A DNA stretch of 64,000 nucleotides from positions 13,208,001 to 13,272,000 of the forward strand of contig NC_086118.1 in assembly GCF_963921235.1 (NCBI RefSeq). Direction: 5' to 3'. Shown one piece after another: positions 12,776 to 25,243 of the stretch; the first letter of the stretch is position 1, and each line of letters begins with the position of its first letter. Position numbers and translations under genes: made by a program. The DNA is from Mobula hypostoma. Taxonomy: Eukaryota. Under the pieces are notes generated by a model. That model did not search any database, had not been told where the DNA came from, and saw only the letters and a program-made list of their open reading frames with translations.

Positions 12776-14324
12776 AGTTATATCCACCTTTTTCATTATT
12801 TTAATATTCAATGTCAGACTTAGGCTTCCAAACTAAAAATGCATGGTTTTCTGAACTTATTGAAATAATTTTAGTACAAATATTAACCTGGTGTGATATC
12901 TTCAAACATTTTCTATATTCTCAAAGTGAAATGATCAAGCCAGGACGCAGTAGTCTTCTACAAGTTCCAGCCAGGTTTTGTAATAAAGGTGAAGTGGTGG
13001 TTATTTTCTGTACTTACCTCTTCTGGCATACATCTTTGCTTTTGACAATAGCCTCAGTATAACAATCCATAATTCCATCTGCAGTAATCTCTTTCTGTAA
13101 TGGGTTGTAATCAGTCTTAAACTATTCAACTGTCCAGGAGATGTGGTAATAAGAATACAAGCACAAAGTACATTAAGCCTAAGTTACTATCTTAAAATAA
13201 AAGGCTCAAATAAACCACACAAAATACTACATAGCAAGTCACAAAGATTTCAGGGGTCACGATTCTTAGACATCACTTGATTGTTGCTGCTGGTGGGGGA
13301 ACTCCGAATTCCGGCTCGCTCATGAAACCAGTGCTGGGTCCTAGCTGGCTTCTTTGTACTATATATTTCACAAATTTAAGGCTAGTTCCCAAAGTGATGT
13401 TCACTCTGATTATAATGATGAAATACAGAACAAATATGGAATTTGGTTGGCAGCAAAATTTATTCCAAGCATGAAAAATATAGAAAATTGATTCTCAGTA
13501 TATTGAGCTTCATTCTTCATCTGATTTATTTGCAAAAATGCTGCACTAAAATGATTCTTTCTGTATAATCCACTCATGAAGAAAGTACATGCTGTGCAAT
13601 GTGTCTAGTATAATTTTGTTGTTGCTTCATTGGTAGATTGGCAGTGCAAGGTATTTTTTAAGTTGAAATTTCATTTAGTCTATCAAATGGTAACTGAATA
13701 TTAAGTACTGCTACATTTTGTCAGCATTAAGAAACACAAAGCAGTTTTCCCCAAACTTCATTGTAAAGTTCGTGTAAAATCATGACTTCAATTAAAATTA
13801 CATAAAATAATGCAAAGTTTGCTCAAATCTGTTGCACTCTGACCTACCATAAAATAGGAAGCAATGAAAAGTTAATTAAATTATTTTCTCTTTCTCTTAC
13901 ACTGTCCAAGTCTGTGCTGCAGCAGGTAATTTTTTTACCCAGTTTTGAACTTTTGCATAAACATGGAGATAACACAACACTTGCTTGTAACATGGAACAT
14001 TTACCAATTGTCAATAAATTCTGCTTGGTGAACAGCAACAACCTATGGAAGATGAATTTCTACCACAACCTGTCTTGTACCTAACTTAAACAACAACGTC
14101 ACATTGTTGAATGTAGAGTGGAGATGCTGCTTTCACTCAGATAAGAGGGAATCAGCACAACTTTGTCAACAACATTCTGATATTGAGTTTAATCATACGT
14201 GTCTGACATTGTTGTGGCATTTTGTATTTAGTGACTTGGCGATAAATCAGTCCAAGCACTTGCTTCCATCCTCTGCCTAAATCAACTGGAGTGTTTTTAA
14301 AAGACTTCTTGCAATGTATGTATA

Positions 14325-14946
14325 GATTAGATCAGATTATGAGGACACTCAGTCCTCGTTTATTGTCATTTAGAAATGCATGCATTAAAAAATGATACAA
14401 TGTTCCTCCAGTATGATATCACAGAAACACAAGACAGACCAAGACTAAAACTGACAAAAAACACATAATTATAACATATAGTTGCAACAGTGCAAAGCAA
14501 TACCATAATTTGATAAGAGCAGACCATGGGCATGGTAAAAAAAAGTCTCAAAATCCCGATAGCCCCAACATCTCATACAGACAGTAGAAGGGAGAAGCTC
14601 TCCCTGCTATGAGCTTCCAGCGCTGCAAACTTGCTGATGCAGCACCTGACCACAGTCCGACTCTGAGTCTGTCTGAAAACTTCAAGCCTCCAACCAGTCC
14701 TCCGACACCGAGCACCGAGCACCATCTCTGCCGAGCGCTTCGACCTCAGCCCCAGCTGCCAAGTAACAGGCAAATCCAAGGATTCGGGACCTTCCCCTCC
14801 GGAGATTTCGGATCACACAGTATCGGCGGCAGCGACACAGCCATTTCAAAAGTTTCACCAAATGTTCCTCCGTGCTCTCACGTCTGCCTCCAACAAATCA
14901 GAATGGTGCACAGATAACAGACATTCATCACCGGAGAGGCCATGTG
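14325..14946 (-). mobile_element. Non-autonomous retroposon with (TAATC)n tail, copy 2
   Basis: Collinear with 7320-7998 from the tail to ccggagaggcc; lacks the extreme 5' end. Confidence 0.8.
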
Positions 14947-15059
14947 CATCAATTTTACACAATAAAAGGACTTAATAAGCACTTCCTGCCCTAGTAATCA
15001 CTTTACTTTGCCCCTCCACTAGAAGCAACAATACCCATCTCAGCCACTGAGCTGCATAA

Positions 15060-15960
15060 AGGGTAAAGTTGAAAAGTCAAGCTACAAGCTATTGTTGACC
15101 CATTCACTGCAACAATTGACAAAATTGGTCTTGCATTTAAAATCCACAAGTAACTTGAACACTACTATACAACGTCAACCCCTAACAATAAAAGTTCACA
15201 ACAAGATCCTGGAAAACTTCGACCACTTTCCAATAATACAGGAGCCAGCACACTACAAAGGCAGACATTAACGATGAAATCTACTGTCATCTATCATGCA
15301 CCAGCACACACTTTGATTGCCTGAAAAACAAAACAGTGCTTGCAGATCAAGACCAAAATCACTGTAGAAACCTCATGGTCTACCAGGCAGCAACTATCCC
15401 TGTCTTTCTGTATGCTTCTGACTTTGACTTCCTACTGTAGGCACATCAAAGTACTGGAGAGATATTAACAATTATATAAAATTCACTGAAAGGATAAGCA
15501 AACAATCATCCTCTCTAAGGCCATCTTTGGGGGTCTAATTACAATTAGGTACTAGTTCCAATGAGAGATCACACCTTTCATATGTCCAATACATATTCCA
15601 GAAACACATCTCTATTGTAATTACTGTAGCTGCAAGAGTTTTCCAAATTGGCAAAGGAGAAAATTAATGGATTATCAAGAGTCCTCCAGTTAAGGTGCAA
15701 AATCTCCACTGAATAGCAGTTCAAAATGAAGAAGAGGAATTCAGGATGAAATTGTGACCATCAAATCCATTTGTCAAAAGCATGCAGAAGCTGAATACAA
15801 ACACAAAAGGAATGTACCACGCATCAGGACAAGCCTTAAAACACTTCCTGTCCCATTTGTTGCAGAGTCTGTGATTCCCAGTTGATCTTATCAATCACTC
15901 CAGAACTCACAAAACAGGAGTGGAAGTAACCCATCCTGAATCCGAGGAGGAGGAAGAGGA
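15060..15960 (+). mobile_element. RTE (BovB-like) LINE 3' fragment, old
   Basis: LENFDHFP, KADINDEI, LMVYQAATIPVFLYAS, HIKVLERY, and a C-terminal CPICCRVC...INHSRTH zinc-finger-like motif. Purine-rich tail at ~15944-15960. Confidence 0.8.
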
Positions 15961-15961
15961 A

Positions 15962-16400
15962 ATGCTGAATTGGTTAATGACTAAACTACCAAATAAGGGT
16001 GCCTCCCCACGCAATAGGTACACCTCTTGGTAGTTCTCGAGCTATCCCATCTGGGGGGATAAGCTTACTGCGGGGTTCACAGGACAAAGGAGTTCACAGG
16101 ATTTGCTAAATAAAAGGTCTACAAGCTTGGATATTTAAGGCAATCCAAGGGACTTATCACTAGGCTACATATTGTTAACAATTCTATTTTATAGAGCCTG
16201 GGATCAGAGAATAAACATTGCTATTGTTTTGCTACCTTTCACCATTTGGATTTAATGCTGGCATTAATGGGGGATTACTTCAGATGCTTTCCTTAGTGAT
16301 TTACAAGAGAAACGTCTTATTCTCAGGGATGAAACTGTTGTCCAGAGTGAATCTTTCATGATCCCAGTTCCACAAACAAGATCTCTGGAAACTGACTTGA
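15962..16400 (+). pseudogene. Second decayed copy of ERV-L-like gag
   Basis: PNKGASPRNRYT, GDKLTAGF, SQDLLNK and FHHLDLMLAL align in order with QREDSPLERYS, QESLAAWL, SQDMINS and LYQWALIIEL at 41340-41710. Stops and frameshifts present. Confidence 0.55.
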
Positions 16401-17869
16401 GCTGATACTTGAGAATGATACCAGTTGTGCTATTAGGATGCCAGGTGCATGCATCAGAAGGGAAGGACCTACTTCTCAGCTGTCAATGGCTAAGTAAGCT
16501 GAATGCAAGATTATGGAGTGCACTGCAAGCCAGCAATATGTTGGACATTCTAGCCTCTTCTTATAGTGGGGAATCAAGGAAAAATACAAAAACATCTGGA
16601 AAGAAGTCAAAAAAGTAAAGTTACTGGCAAGGGAAGGAGGAACATTCATATTACATTATCAAGAAACACAAAACTATATAGTGATATATCAAAAAGCCAT
16701 ATAATTAAGTTTGTAAAAGCTATGAAAATAGAAGCAATAGGGGATGATAAAGGCAAAATTGGAAGCTTGTAATGGAAATAAAGAAATACAAAATAATTAT
16801 TTTGCTTCAGTAATAAGTGAGGATTTAGATCAAGTGGACACAACACTGAAAGATGTGGTAAGGAATAATATCTGATTCAAAGCAAATTCTAATAAACAAA
16901 TCAAAGTGAAAGAGGATAAAAACTCTGGTTGGTCACATTGCTGTTACACATCGTAAGATAATCTAGGGAAAAAGCTTAATACTGTCAATAGAGATTTTAA
17001 AATGGAAAATCTTGGTTGATCTACAACACTGGATTCTTTGAAGAGGTAGTAGAGAGAGCAGACAAATTAAAAGTGGACACTATCTGATAATGAGGGACTT
17101 AGGTAAACAAGTGAAAGATTCATCATCAGATTATTTGTAAATGGAAGGTTAGAGGGACATGGTGAGGTAAAGGAATTTTGAGAGAATTTCAGAGCTTGAA
17201 GTCTGGAAGACTGAAAGGAATAACTTGAGAAGAAAAAGCATTTCAGGATGTATATTGTATACATTTCTCTGGCATTCGATTTGACCTTTGAACCTTTGAA
17301 TAACTACCATGTGGGAATGAGAGATGCACAGAGGGCAATGTTAGAGGAACCTGGAATGTCAGAGAGTTTGTATGGACAAATGAGACTATGTAAATAGAAG
17401 CAATTTGAACACTATTTATTACATATATTTCTCTGTTTCTAAGCAGCAAATGAGTCAGAAACATTTTTTGTTCTCAACATTTATAATCAGTGTATCTTAA
17501 TGCTAATGGAAAACAAGAGAATATTTCATTTAAGAAAACATTCTGGTGCAATGTTTGCATTTTTATCCAAAGTCACATGTCAAGAAAACTAAAGTAATTT
17601 GTAAATAAAATATTATCCCTGTCAGTCATTCACTTACGTAAAAACCTTTAACCTTAAACATAATAATTTTAATGGAACCATACTGAGAGAATGACACAAA
17701 ACCTGGAGCCCCGCAGTTGCTACAGGCTGGATAACTGAGTCCATTGGTGCCATTTTTAACAAGATATTCTGCACCAGTTCCTTCAACATGTCTTCCTTTT
17801 AACTTAACTATGGTTTATCTCTACTATAACAGACAGTTATCTCCTTTGTAACAAATACTCACCTCCTCT

Positions 17870-19150
17870 TCTCTCAGCCAGGAACAAAGAGCGTTCCCCT
17901 TCTCCTTATCTTTCATCCCAACAGGATACACATTCAATGGCACATCCTCCATAGTTTTCTCCATCCCTGAAGAAATTCAACCACTAGGCACATCTTGTCC
18001 TCCCCTTCTCTTTCAGCAGTCCGAACAGCCAATTCCTTCCTTGACTTCCCAATCTACTTTCCCTCTCACCACCAATTTCTCTTTCATACTATCTTCCATG
18101 CAACTGTGGGACACACAACCAATGTCCCTTCAGTTTTTCCTTTCCTACCATCCGAATTCAAATATTCAGAATCAGAATCAGGTTTAATATCATTGGCGTA
18201 TGTTGTGAAATCTGTTTTCTTGCTGCAGCAGTACATGCAATATATAATAATAAAATCTGTGAATTACATTAAATATATGTATATATGTTAAATTAAATAA
18301 GCAGTGCAAATAAAGTAGTGAGACAGCACTCAAGTGTTCATTGTCCATTCAGATATCTGACGGCAGAGGGGAAGAAGCTGTTCCTGAATCATCGAGTATG
18401 TGCCTTCATGCTCCTGTACCTCCTCCTTGACGGTAGCAATGAGAAGAGGGTATGACTGGGTGATGGGGGTCTTTCATGATAGATGCCCTCTTTTTGAGGC
18501 ATTGCTCCTTGAAGATGTGCTGAAATTTGCGAGTGCATTCCTTGCAGGTGAAGTAAAATTTCCCTTGTTCTTCTAATTCAGTGTACAAATTATGGTCACC
18601 TCTCCATCTGAGAAACAAAACACGCCTGGGTAACTGTAAGTTGGTAAGCCTGCAGACGTGAGTGGGCTTCCAGTCCCCTCTCGCTTCAAAATTCTACATC
18701 TCCTTCCCACTCTGACCTCCTACATTGCTTCAATGATAACCGGTATAAGCTTTAGGAACAGTATCTTATCGCCTGACTAATCACCTCACAGCATTTGCAA
18801 ATAAAACATTGATCTTAAAATTTCTAAACCCCCCACCCTCCCTCACGTTCATTTTCTCAGTTCAAATGTGATACTATCTTTCTGTTTCAATGTGTTATGC
18901 TTCAAACTGTTACTGCATCATTTCTCTTTCAAATGCTGTTTTAAAAGAAATTATTGTCTGGAAAGTGTAGGAGTCATGGAGTCAAAGTATTATAGAACAC
19001 GGAAGCAGCCCTTCAGCCTTACTCGTCCAAGATAACCACCTTGTCACAGCCATTCTCTCAGCCCTCTCTAACCATCTGTAAAATTAAAACACATTTCTCT
19101 CCTTATATCTCCAGTTCTGATGAAAGGTCCTGACCCAAGATGGTAACATA
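17870..19150 (+). mobile_element. Penelope-like element remnant, interrupted by a Rex-like 3' end (18166-18530, minus)
   Basis: VPLLLIFHP...TTRHI linker at ~17890-17995, GIY-YIG-region remnant at ~18545-18630, hammerhead-like terminus cagttctgatgaaaggtcc at 19112. Confidence 0.7.
18166..18530 (-). mobile_element. Rex1/Babar-like LINE 3' end
   Basis: CLKKRASIMKDPHHP (ORF 18406-18618); tail (TGATTC)n. Confidence 0.8.
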
Positions 19151-19179
19151 TATGAAATTTTAAAAAATCATCGAGCCTC

Positions 19180-19490
19180 TCTCCTGTGTCAGTCAATTAC
19201 CATGACTTACTTCCCTGTAACGTGCCCTCACATCAAACCCATCTCTCCACATATATTCTGCCATCCACCCACATGAGGAGGAGTTCACAAAAATCCAACT
19301 TTGGATTGGACTCTTTGTTCACTCCCCTTCTCCCCTGCAGCACACCTTTTGGACTTGGGAGGAAACCAGAACACCTGTGGGAAATGCACACGTGCATAGG
19401 GAGATCGTATAAAATCCATGCATACAGCATCTCAGGTTAGAATCGAACTGGGGGCGTCAAAACACTGCTGCATCAGTTGCTGACCCCCTT
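19180..19490 (-). mobile_element. V-SINE-like copy, decayed
   Basis: ttggacttgggaggaaaccagaacacctg...aatcgaactggg (box B on the minus strand). Confidence 0.6.
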
Positions 19491-20126
19491 GTGTTGCTAA
19501 TCCAGGTCTGTTGCCTGCCCCAAGCAATACAATCAATGTTACAAACAAAATGAAAACCATGTACAGAATTTATCTTTATTAACAGGAGTGGTTGTATGGA
19601 GCCTGAAACAAAACTCTAAAACCATGTGGATCATAGAAGGTGAATGGCTGCATTACTTTTCCACTGGTAACACGACAGAAGTAGAATTACTTGGGTTGGA
19701 ATAGTCATGTGAAACATAGAGCTCAAGGGGTCTTCAGAGCAAATGTAGAACAAGGTTCTAAGAAATTCTGCAAACAAGAATATTGATTTTGAGATCCATG
19801 TGCTGAAGGGTGTAGTCACTTAGGTCGTTAAGGGCAGGACTGCAGAATGGGATGGGAATTGGAAGCAGTTTATTATTGTCACATCAACTACGGTACAGTA
19901 AAAAAATTGTCTTGCATACTTTTCATACAGATCAACACAGTGCCTTAAGGTGCTACAATGTAAAACAATAATAAAATACAGAATGAAGTGTAACAGCTAC
20001 AGAGAAAGTGGAGTACAAGTAGATAATAAAGTTATAATGAGATAGATTGTGAGGTCAACAGTCCATCATATCACACGAGGAAAACATTCATTTGTTTTAT
20101 AATAGCAGGGTAGAAACTATCCTTGA

Positions 20127-20810
20127 CAACACACACAGAATGCTGGAGGTACTCAGCAGACCAGGCCTCATCTATAGAAAAGAATAAAGAGTCGATGTTT
20201 TGGAATGAGACCCTTCATCAGGACTGAAGGCAAAGATGAGAATTCAGAGTAAGGAGGTAGGGGAAGTACAAGGTGGTAGATGATAGGTGAAACTGGGAGG
20301 GGGAGGAGTGAAGTAGAGAGCTGGGAATTTGATTGATGAAATACAGGGGCATCTGAGAGCATATAAGAAAGTGAAGGTGGAGGAGCACCAGAGGGAGGTG
20401 TTGGGCAGGTAAGGAGGAAAGTTAAGAGAGGGAAACAGGAATGGGGAGTGGTGAAGAGAGGTGGGCAATGACTGGAAGTTTGCCAAATCGATGTTCATGC
20501 CATCAGGTTGGAGGCTAACTAGACAGAATATAAGGTGTTGCTCCTCTCGCCTGACTGTGGCCTCATTGTAGCAGTAGAGGAGGCCATGGACTGAAATGGC
20601 AGAATGAGAATGAAAAGTAGATTTGAAATGGTTGTCCGCTGTGAAATCCTGGCTTTTGTAGTGGATGATGCGATGGTGTTTAATGAAGCATTCCCAATCT
20701 ACTTCTGTTTCTCCAGTGTAGAAGAAGTCATATCAGGTACAATAGACACCTCTAACAGGTTAAGTGTCAGCTCACTTGGAAGGACTGTTTGGGGCCCTGA
20801 CTGGTGGTGA
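20127..20810 (-). mobile_element. Penelope-like element 3' part with pLTR
   Basis: Collinear with 10640-11270. Contains the LQPDGMNID-type C-terminus (~20490-20515) and the best-preserved hammerhead-like motif at 20190-20226. Confidence 0.8.
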
Positions 20811-21583
20811 TGTGTAAGTGACAGGGCTAGAACAGGAAACTTGTAATGTTCCATCCTGGGAACCTGAAGCTCTCAATCATCTTATGTCAATGCTGTTGAT
20901 GTGGACAGGAGAAAATGTACTGCTCCTTCCTGACGCCAATGACCAACTCTTCTTGTTTTGCTGACATTAAGGGAAAGGTTGTTGTCATGACACCATGTTA
21001 CCAAGGTCCCCATCTTCTTCCTGCACTCTTACTCATCATTATTTGAGGGATATCATCTGCAAGCTTGAAGATGGAGTCAGGGAAGCATCTGGCCATGGAG
21101 TGCTGCGTGCACAGGGAATAATGTAAGGGGCTGAAGTTGCATCCTTGTGGAGCACTAGTGTCGAGAATAATCATAGCAACAGTCCTGGTCAATGAGAAAG
21201 ATCCATTTGCAGAGGGAGGTGTTGACTACCAGCTGTTGGAGTTAGGTGATGAGCTTGTTTCAAATTATAGTATTGAAGGCAGAACTGTAGTCAATTAACA
21301 ATAATCTATTGTAGGTGTCTTTACTGTCCAGATATTTCAGAGTTGAATGTAGGTCAAGGAGACCTGTGATAGAACCGTTCGAGAAGCAGGTGAATTGTAG
21401 GTCAAGGTTGGCTGGGAGGCTGGGGTGAATGCGTGCCATGACCAGCCTCCCGATGCACTTCCTGATGGAAGTCTGAGCCACTGGACAGTAGTCATTAAGG
21501 CATGTTACCTTGTTTTTCCTTAGGTACCAGCACAATAGTGGTCTTCTTAATGCAAGTGGAACCTCAGACTGAAACAGAGGAGG

Positions 21584-22059
21584 TGTCAGGACGCTGGAGC
21601 AGGGATCCAGTACAGTGACATTAATTGAGTAACAAATCCCGAGGTGTAAACAAAGTCAGCGTCAAAGTTCATGCAGAGATCAAAGCATCCAGAGAAATCC
21701 AAAAACCAGAATCGGGAACAGGCAAAGTCAGTATTCAGATGGACAGAGTTCAGATACGAATGCTGGAAAGGCTCAGGAAAACTCACCAGCACAATCTGGC
21801 AACAAACAGGTGAAAACACAGGACTGAAATACACTGAACAATAAATAGAGAGGCAGACGGAAGGTGGAGCACCATGAGACAGAAATGGCAACAAAACAGG
21901 TAATAATGAGAAACAGATGAGAGACGGAGTATTCAGTAATACAGGGGCTGGAGTAGAGCAGGAGCAGGGACAGGAGCACATTGCAATACAAGACGGAAGA
22001 CTGACGTCTAGGGGGAAAAAGAAAAACACAAAAAGACAGTTCAACTGGAGGTACTGACA
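21584..22059 (-). repeat. 3' LTR of the Gypsy element
   Basis: TGTCAGG...TACTGACA; direct repeat of 26237-26724 with many substitutions and indels. Confidence 0.95.
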
Positions 22060-22074
22060 GTACACCCCCTCTAC

Positions 22075-25000
22075 GTACGCCTCCTGGTAGAGCTGGGTGC
22101 TGGCGATGAAAGCCCCTGATGAGAGAGTGGTCCAGGATGTAATGGACGGGGACCCAGCACCTCTCCTCAGGACCGTAGCCCTCCCAGTCCATAAGGTACT
22201 GGAGGCCACGGCCTCGGTGACGAACGTCCAGCAGTTGATGCACTGTGAAGGCCTCTGACCCATCGATGATCCATGGGGGAGGGGGGGACAGGACACGGAG
22301 TGGCTCATGAAAGACTTGGTGCGGGACACATGGAAGGTGGGATGAATGTGGCGGAGAGTGGAACTGAGCTTGAGATGGACAGCAGCAAGGCTGATGACTT
22401 TAACTTGTGGGAATCCACCTTGAGGGGCAGGTCTTGGGTTGAAAGCCACACACGCTGCCCCTGGTGGTAACGTGGGACCTTGGAGTGATGGTGGTCAGCT
22501 TAATGCTTGATCCTAGCAGAGGCACAGAGAAGGGCAGAGCGAGAGCACCACCACGTCCGCTGACAACGGTGGATGAATGCCTCGGCAGATGGAACGCCAA
22601 CCTCCTCCTCCCGGGCAGGAAACAGTGAAGGCTGGTAGCCAAGGCAGCACTCGAAGGGGGACAGACCGGTGGATGAGGACGGATGAGAGTTTATGGTGTA
22701 CTCGGCCCAGAGTAGCTGTTGACTCCACGCAGAGGGGTTCTGGGAGACCAGACACTGCAATACAGTCCCTAGCTGCTGGTTGGCTCACTCGGTCTGGCCT
22801 TGGTCTATGGCAGACTGACAGAGGCACCCAGAAGATTACAGAATGCCCTCCAGAAGTTGGATGTGAATTGAGAGCCCCTGTCTTTCACAAGGTCTGCAGG
22901 TAAACCATGTAATTTAAAAAACATGCAGTATTAGTGATTTGGCTGTTTCTTTGGCAGAGGGGAGTTTAGGTAAAGGAATAAAGTGTACAGACTTGGAGAA
23001 ACCATCAACTACTGTGAGAATGGTGGTGTTACCATCTGATGGGGGAAGATGGGTGACAAAATCCAGGGCAATGTGGGACCAGGGTTCTCTTGGGGATAGA
23101 CAGGGTTGTAACAGACCAGCAGGTGACCGGTTAGAGTTCTTGCCTTAAGCACAGACCGAGCAGGCTGAGACAAAGTTACGGATGTCACCTCTCATGGAGG
23201 GCCGCCAGAACCGCTGACTGATGAAGGCCTGAGTACGCTTGGTTCCAGGGTGACAGGATAACCGGGAAGAATGATTCCACTGCAATACCTGTGAGTGGAC
23301 AGAGCTAGGAACGTAAAGACGGTTAGTGGGGCATTGACTAGGGGCTGCCTCGCTCTGTTGGGCAGCTTGCACAATGCGCTGCACCCATGAGACAGTGAGG
23401 ATGACATTGGGTCCTCAGGGGTCTCAGATGAGGGAAATCTTCGGGAGGGGGCATCAGGTTTTCCATTCTTGGAACCGGGGCAGAAGGACGGAGTAAAATT
23501 GAATCTTGAGAAAAACAGGGACTGAAAAGCTTGACGGAAGTTAAGATGCTTGGCCATGTGGATTCATTCCAGATTCTTGTGACCAGTACAGACTAAGAAT
23601 GGCACCTTGGTTTCCTCCAGCCAATGCCTCCACTCCTCCAGAGCTAGCTTCGCAGCCAGCAGCTCCCGGTTTCCGACATCGTAATTCCGCTCCTTGGGAG
23701 AGAGGCGGTGAGAGAAGGCGGCGCAGGTGTGTACCTTCTCATCCTTAGCAGAGGGCTGAGAGAGAACAGCTCCTATGCCAATGTCAGACACATCCATCTC
23801 CACAATGAACTGCCGGTTGGTGTCGGGTTGAATCAGGGTGGGGGCAGAGGTGAAACGTTCCTTCAGGTCAGAGATGCTTTTTCAGCATCAGGGGACCAGG
23901 AGAATCTGACAGCAGATGAGGTAAGAGCAGAGAGTGGTGCAACCAGTGTACTGTAATTTCTGATGAAGCAGCGATCAACCACTGACTGCCTTGACCTTCC
24001 TTTGGTCCATCTGAATGGAACCGCCTGAAATTACATACCCCAGTAAGGAGACGGTATTGCGATGAAACTCACATTTCTCGGCCTTTACAAAGAGCTGGTT
24101 CTCCAGAAGGCGCTGGAGAACTCTGCAGATGTGACCTGTGTGTTCAGCAAGGGACTTACAAAGAGAAAATCAAAAACGTCATCAAAATACACAGAAAGAG
24201 TGGTTCAGCATGTCCCTGAGGACGTCATTTACCAGGGCTTGGAAGATGGCGGGGGCATTGGTGAAACCGAATGGCATGACCAGATACTCATAATGGCCTC
24301 TGGCGGTGTTGAAGGCCGTCTTCCACTCATCCCCTTCACGGATGCGGACAAGATGGTAGGCATTATGGAGATCAAGCTTGGTGAAATCTGAGGCTCCTTG
24401 CAGTAGTTCAAATGCCGAGGTCATGAGCGGAAGAGAGTAACGGTTCTTAACAGTAATCAATTCATGGATGTAAGGATCCATCCTTCTTTTCAACAAAGAA
24501 AATAAACAGCACCAGCAGGGCAGGAAGACAGCTAGATGACGCCCACAGCCAGAGACTCTTGAATGTACTTACTCATTGCTTCTGTTTCAGGTTCACACAG
24601 GGAATCCAGGTGGCCCCATGGGGGAGATGTGCCAGCCAAGAGGTCAATGGCACAATCATACAGATGCTGAGGTGGTAGGGAAGTGGCCCTGGACTGACTT
24701 AACACAGCCTTGAGGTCCACATATTCAGGAGGGATGGAGGGATGACACTAAGGTCTGGAAATTCCTTGGTGGGGACCTGGGCTTGGAGACAAGGGGATCT
24801 GAGCATGGCGGAGGCAATGGGAGTGACAGAATGGGCTCCAGCCGGCAATCTTGCAACTGAGCCAGTTAATGTTGGGGCTGTGTTTAACTAAACAGGGATG
24901 GCCCAGGACAATGGGAGTTGAGGAGAGTCAGTAACATAAGGGTTAATTGTTCATGATGGTTGCCGGATAAACTGAGACTCACCGGGGCCATGACATGGGT

Positions 25001-25240
25001 GATGTTAGCCAGTCTCTGACCATTCAAGGATTTGGCCACCAATGGTGACTGGAGAGCAGAGGTGAGTAATCCCCACTGGGCAGCCAAGCCAGAATTGATA
25101 AAACACCCTTCTGCACCAGAATCAACCAAGACGGAGACTGCTCGCCATTGGTCGCCTCACTCTGGAGAAGCAGGTATGAGAGTGAGTGGCGTCAATGAGG
25201 GCTGGACAAGGGTCACACTCACCAGTACTCCTCGTCCTAC
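22075..25240 (-). pseudogene. Gypsy pol pseudogene (protease, RT, RNase H, integrase, chromodomain)
   Basis: VDSGA (24884-25129), [25 protein letters not shown] (24182-24496), YFDD (~24178-24189), [25 protein letters not shown] (23564-23803), H...CHPG...CSVC (23145-23384), [18 protein letters not shown] (21773-22243). Multiple stops and frameshifts. Confidence 0.95.
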
Positions 25241-25243
25241 TGG

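Noticed and set aside
16600..17420. Purine-rich stretch, possibly an ancient CR1
   Set aside because: Only faint motifs (FFEEV-like at ~17035); too decayed to call.
21586..22449. 287-aa ORF, and the N-terminal half of the 314-aa ORF 25765-26709, as novel Cys-rich proteins
   Set aside because: They read through the stop-poor, pyrimidine-rich strand of the Gypsy LTRs; only the part from MDPAV is gag.
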